DNA of 62,927 nt, filler included, from Collodictyon triciliatum (taxonomy: Eukaryota): assembly GCA_043381765.1 (NCBI GenBank). It is 7 parts of 6 records of this genome, joined end to end, with 100 filler letters (N's around TTAATTAATTAA, not from the genome) between each part and the next. Parts side by side here need not be neighbours in the genome. Positions count along the whole stretch, not along the records: positions 61,482 to 62,927 come from JBHJMP010002164.1; 6 more parts are not named here. One strand, 5' to 3'. Positions 61,482 to 62,927 of the stretch are shown piece by piece. The notes beneath the pieces were generated by a model. That model was not told the DNA's origin. It worked only from the letters and a program-made list of their open reading frames with translations, and ran no database searches. A program made the translations under genes and the position numbers. Position 1 is the first letter of the stretch. Each line of letters opens with the position of its first letter.

Positions 61482-62204
61482 CAGACTTTGCTGTGGGCTG
61501 CCTGCTTTTGATGAGCGACTTTGGTGTGACGATGTTTCCTTCTTCATCCTTGACAACAACGGGCGGTGCAGATTGCTCGGAGGCAAACGACTTTGTGCTC
61601 ATGCGCACGCTTTTTGAGGCCATTCCAGTCACACGGGACGATGCGCTGAAAAATCGCAGCATATGGAATTGACAGAGGCCATGTTTATATTTAAATGCAA
61701 GTGGCGTGTATAATGCATTCATGTATGTATGTATGTATGTATGTATGTATGTATGTATGTATGTATGTATGTATGTATGTATGTATGTATGTATGTATGT
61801 ATGTATGTATGTATGTATGTATGTATGTATGTATGTATAATATAGTAGTATGTGTATGTATAGTATATGTATGTATGTATGTATGTATGTAGTATGGTAG
61901 TATGTAGTTATGTATGTATGTATGTATGTATGTAGTATATATGTATGTATTGTATGTTTGTATGGAGTATGTAGGTATGTATGTATGTATGTATTATCGT
62001 GTATGTATGTATGTATGTATGTATGTATGTATGTATGAATGAATGAATGAATAGATATATGAATGGATGAATCTCAGGCGTAAAACTTACGTAAACTTCG
62101 ACTGAGTCTTCAAAACATTCGGGTTGATGCGGCTCTTCTGTGAGCTCAATGAAGACGACATGCGGTCAGACTTCTCCATAGTTGTGCTTCTCAAATTCCA
62201 ATTT
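61482..62204 (-). CDS. Two N-terminal exons (62204-62091, 61645-61482), possibly axonemal dynein intermediate chain DNAI4/WDR78/IC138-like
   Basis: Phase-2 GT-AG join gives a Ser/Lys-rich leader then PVVVKDEEGNIVTPKSL, resembling the VxVxDxxGxDVTPxxL motif of WDR78. Single short motif only. Confidence 0.45.
61720..62050. repeat. Degenerating (TATG)n intronic microsatellite
   Basis: Direct observation. Confidence 0.95.
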
Positions 62205-62214
62205 CTGAAGAAAA

Positions 62215-62927
62215 ATCAATAAAACAATCAATAAAAACCCAATAAAAACCCAATAAAAACCCAATAAAAAAAAATAAAAACCCAATAAAAACCCAATAAA
62301 AATCAATAAAAAAAAAACCCAATAAAAAACCCAATAAAAACCCAAATAAAAAAAAAAAAAAAACCCAATAAAAAAAAAAAAAAAAAAAAAAACCCAATAT
62401 AACCCAATCACAACCCAATTTAAAAAACCCATAAAAAACCCACATAAAAAAAACCATAATAAAAAACCCAATTCAATAATCCAATCACGAAAAACCAAGT
62501 TAAACACCCCATAAGAAACCCAATAAAAAACCCAAATAAGAGAAAATACCCAATATGAAACCCAATAAAAACCCAAGAAATCCCCAATTAAAAAAAACCC
62601 AATAAAAAAACCCAATAAAAACCATAAAAAAACCCAATAAAAAAAGCCCCAATTAAAAAAAACCCAATAAAAACCCATTTGTAAAAAACACCAATAAAAA
62701 ATCCACTAAAAAAACCCAATAAAAAAACCCAATAAAAACACCCAATAAAAAACCCATAAAAAACCAATAAAAAACCACAGCTAAAAACCGCAATAAAAAA
62801 ACCCATATAAAAAACCAAGAAAACCCAATAAAGAACTTCATAAAATAAAACCCATATAAAAACCCAATAAAAAAACCCAATAAAAAAACCCAATAAAAAA
62901 ACCCAATAAAAAAACCCAATAAAAAAG
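62215..62927. repeat. Degenerate (AAAAACCCAAT)n tandem array
   Basis: Direct observation; variable A-run length and many substitutions. Confidence 0.9.

Noticed and set aside
62215-62927. Telomere-like C3 repeat array
   Set aside because: Irregular, abuts a splice acceptor of a minus-strand exon, and resembles the (AAAAAACAAT)n tract at 13547; best read as a degenerate satellite.

Overview
This is eukaryotic, intron-rich, AT-rich nuclear DNA, not a prokaryotic window. It consists of seven unrelated contigs joined by artificial 100-nt N44-TTAATTAATTAA-N44 spacers, so neighbourhood across spacers means nothing. TAA, TAG and TGA all end genes (standard code). FAM227-like, NEK1-like and DNAI4-like genes suggest a flagellated protist. 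Manual splicing recovers: a UBR E3 ligase 3' end, a pre-SET/SET-ARID chromatin protein, a phospholipid N-methyltransferase, a SHAQKYF Myb, the MCM8 last exon, a NEK kinase, NELF-C/D, a CINP-like 3' end, glucosidase II alpha, an orphan TF-like gene, an IQ+DUF3490-like gene end, a FAM227-like gene, retroelement relics and many microsatellites. The best candidate for an undescribed system is a family of apparently extracellular, HET-E-like WD40 propeller proteins. Two paralogues each have a signal peptide begun by a 43-nt first exon. One continues into a Cys-rich stalk and a multipass membrane domain, and that copy is pseudogenised. Also notable: a probably catalytically dead SET domain fused to ARID, very degenerate splice signals, two GC-AG introns and an 8-nt microexon. 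All homology calls come from motif recall, not database searches.
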